Positions 34,959 through 36,253 of a DNA stretch of 36,253 nt are shown piece by piece. The stretch spans positions 1 through 36,253 of the forward strand of contig JBNGIO010004591.1 in assembly GCA_049999805.1 (NCBI GenBank). The letters are read 5' to 3'. Numbering within the stretch: the stretch's first letter is position 1; each line of letters begins with the position of its first letter. Position numbers and translations under genes: made by a program. The notes under the pieces are model-generated. The model searched no databases. It saw only the letters and a program-made list of their open reading frames with translations, and had not been told where the DNA came from. The stretch comes from Folioceros fuciformis (Eukaryota).

Positions 34959-35385
34959 AGCTGCTAGGATGTCGTGTGTTTGGTTAGAGTGGCCGCCGGG
35001 AGTTTTGGGGATGCTGGGTTTGAGCTGCAGCGGTGTTTTGCAATACACCTAGGCTTATGTTTGTCTTTCCTGCCCTTACAACTTCCAAGCCAGCAAGCTT
35101 CAACGGGGTGTAGGACATAGTGTTTAGCTTTCAAGACGGGTGCTTGAACCTACAGCTGTACGTAGCTCAAAGTTTGAAGGGTGCAGCCCGTGCTTCTGAG
35201 ATGCCTGCTGTTTCCTCGTGTGCCTGGGTAGGATGGATTTGTGGGTGATCTAAGGTACAGCGATGTGAAGAGCTTCCTCTTGACTGCGGCGTCAGGGTTA
35301 GCAGCTGTGCTTTGTGATGAGATGCAGGGTTCGAGCTGCTGACCCTGATATGGTATTGTATTTGTATGAAGAAAACCATCTCCAG

Positions 35386-35424
35386 AACATTAATGGTAAA
35401 CACCTTGGGCTTGTTTGCCAGGTA
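35386..35424 (-). pseudogene. Small inverted fragment homologous to the caspase-like gene
   Basis: YLANKPKVFTINV; 31/39 nt identical to 33619-33657. Confidence 0.6.
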
Positions 35425-35571
35425 TGTAACTGTATTCATTGAAGGGTTCCATCACGGGACGCAGTAATGCGGCAGACAAGCCAAAAGTGTGTTATCACCA
35501 ACGGTAGATAACAATTATTAGATAGGTAATGAAATCCAACATCCAAATGGCCGGGGGCTTGCTCGGTGGAT

Positions 35572-36253
35572 CTACCATTTGATGAATTCGAAGCGAGGAG
35601 CCGATTTGGTCGGGGCTTGATCGCGATCGAAACTACCTTCCTGGCCCAGGTCTCCTATGAGCTGGTCCACCATGTCGAAGGTGACGTGGTCCATGGCGAA
35701 GATGCGGCTCAGCTCCCGCCCCTCTTCATCCTCGTGGTTGGACAAGGAGTACTTGTCCACCAGCTCGTCCCTGGGCCTCTTGAACAGCACGGAGAGCGAC
35801 ATGGGCGTGTGGTACACAAACAGGTCGGTTCGAAGCTCGGACTCCAGTCGCCGGAGTGTCTGCTCCATGTAGTCCGCCACTGCCAGGTTGCGCAGGGCCT
35901 TCTGGGTGAGGCTTGTGAAGGAGTTGCTGGCGATGGAGTTCCACAGCAGCAGCGGCGACAGGCCGCTCCGGGAGCCGGCAAACGTGGTGTCGGGAGTGCC
36001 GATGTATTCGGGGGTGTCCGGAGGCTGCAGCTGGTACTTGGTCCTGGTCATGTAGATCCCGGTGGGCACAGGCGAGCCGACCCACTTGTGTCCGCTGGTG
36101 GAGATGGAGTTGACAAAGTCGTTGCGAAAGTCGAAACTGGGCCCTTTGTTGCCGGTCAAGCCTGCCTGGTGCGCCATCTCAACGAAGGGCATGTAGGCCG
36201 CCCCTAGCGCGCCGTCGACATGGAACCAGAAGCCGCGGCGGTTGATGACGCAG
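35572..36253 (-). CDS. Group II PLP-dependent amino-acid decarboxylase (histidine-decarboxylase-like), 3' part; continues beyond the window
   Basis: Open frame from the window end: CVINRRGFWFHVDGALGAAYMPFVEMA...FDFR...SISTSGHKWVGSPVPTGIYMT...YIGTPDTTFAGSRSG; HVDGA and SGHK (PLP Lys) motifs; TAG at 35574-35572; no intron in the visible part. Confidence 0.9.
   Translation of the reverse strand, partial: CVINRRGFWFHVDGALGAAYMPFVEMAHQAGLTGNKGPSFDFRNDFVNSISTSGHKWVGSPVPTGIYMTRTKYQLQPPDTPEYIGTPDTTFAGSRSGLSPLLLWNSIASNSFTSLTQKALRNLAVADYMEQTLRRLESELRTDLFVYHTPMSLSVLFKRPRDELVDKYSLSNHEDEEGRELSRIFAMDHVTFDMVDQLIGDLGQEGSFDRDQAPTKSAPRFEFIKW

Noticed and set aside
35566-36207. 213-aa plus-strand ORF opposite the decarboxylase
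   Set aside because: Codon-register shadow of a high-GC3 gene

Overview
Eukaryotic land-plant nuclear DNA, most likely a hornwort (inferred from the PGxSWW PPR C-terminal signature, short introns and very tight gene spacing). AT-rich TE-derived or repetitive intergenic DNA lies at about 1-6.5 kb, 17-20 kb and 29.2-30 kb. Genes: an intronless P-class PPR (minus) head-to-head with an intronless PLS-E/E+ PPR carrying a truncated WW-type DYW start (plus); a 16-exon soluble starch synthase of the SS6/SS4-like clade (minus) whose stop is 4 nt from the PLS-PPR stop; an 11-exon MRG chromo-barrel protein (plus); and a FIP1[V]-like polyadenylation factor (minus) with an assembly gap inside a coding repeat. 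A 5'-truncated, stop-riddled Ty1/copia element is followed directly by the C-terminal part of a protein resembling true (animal-type, C14A) caspases rather than plant metacaspases. A second, inverted fragment of the same family follows, then the 3' part of an intronless PLP-dependent histidine-decarboxylase-like gene that differs from plant serine decarboxylase. All calls come from reading the sequence; no database searches were run.
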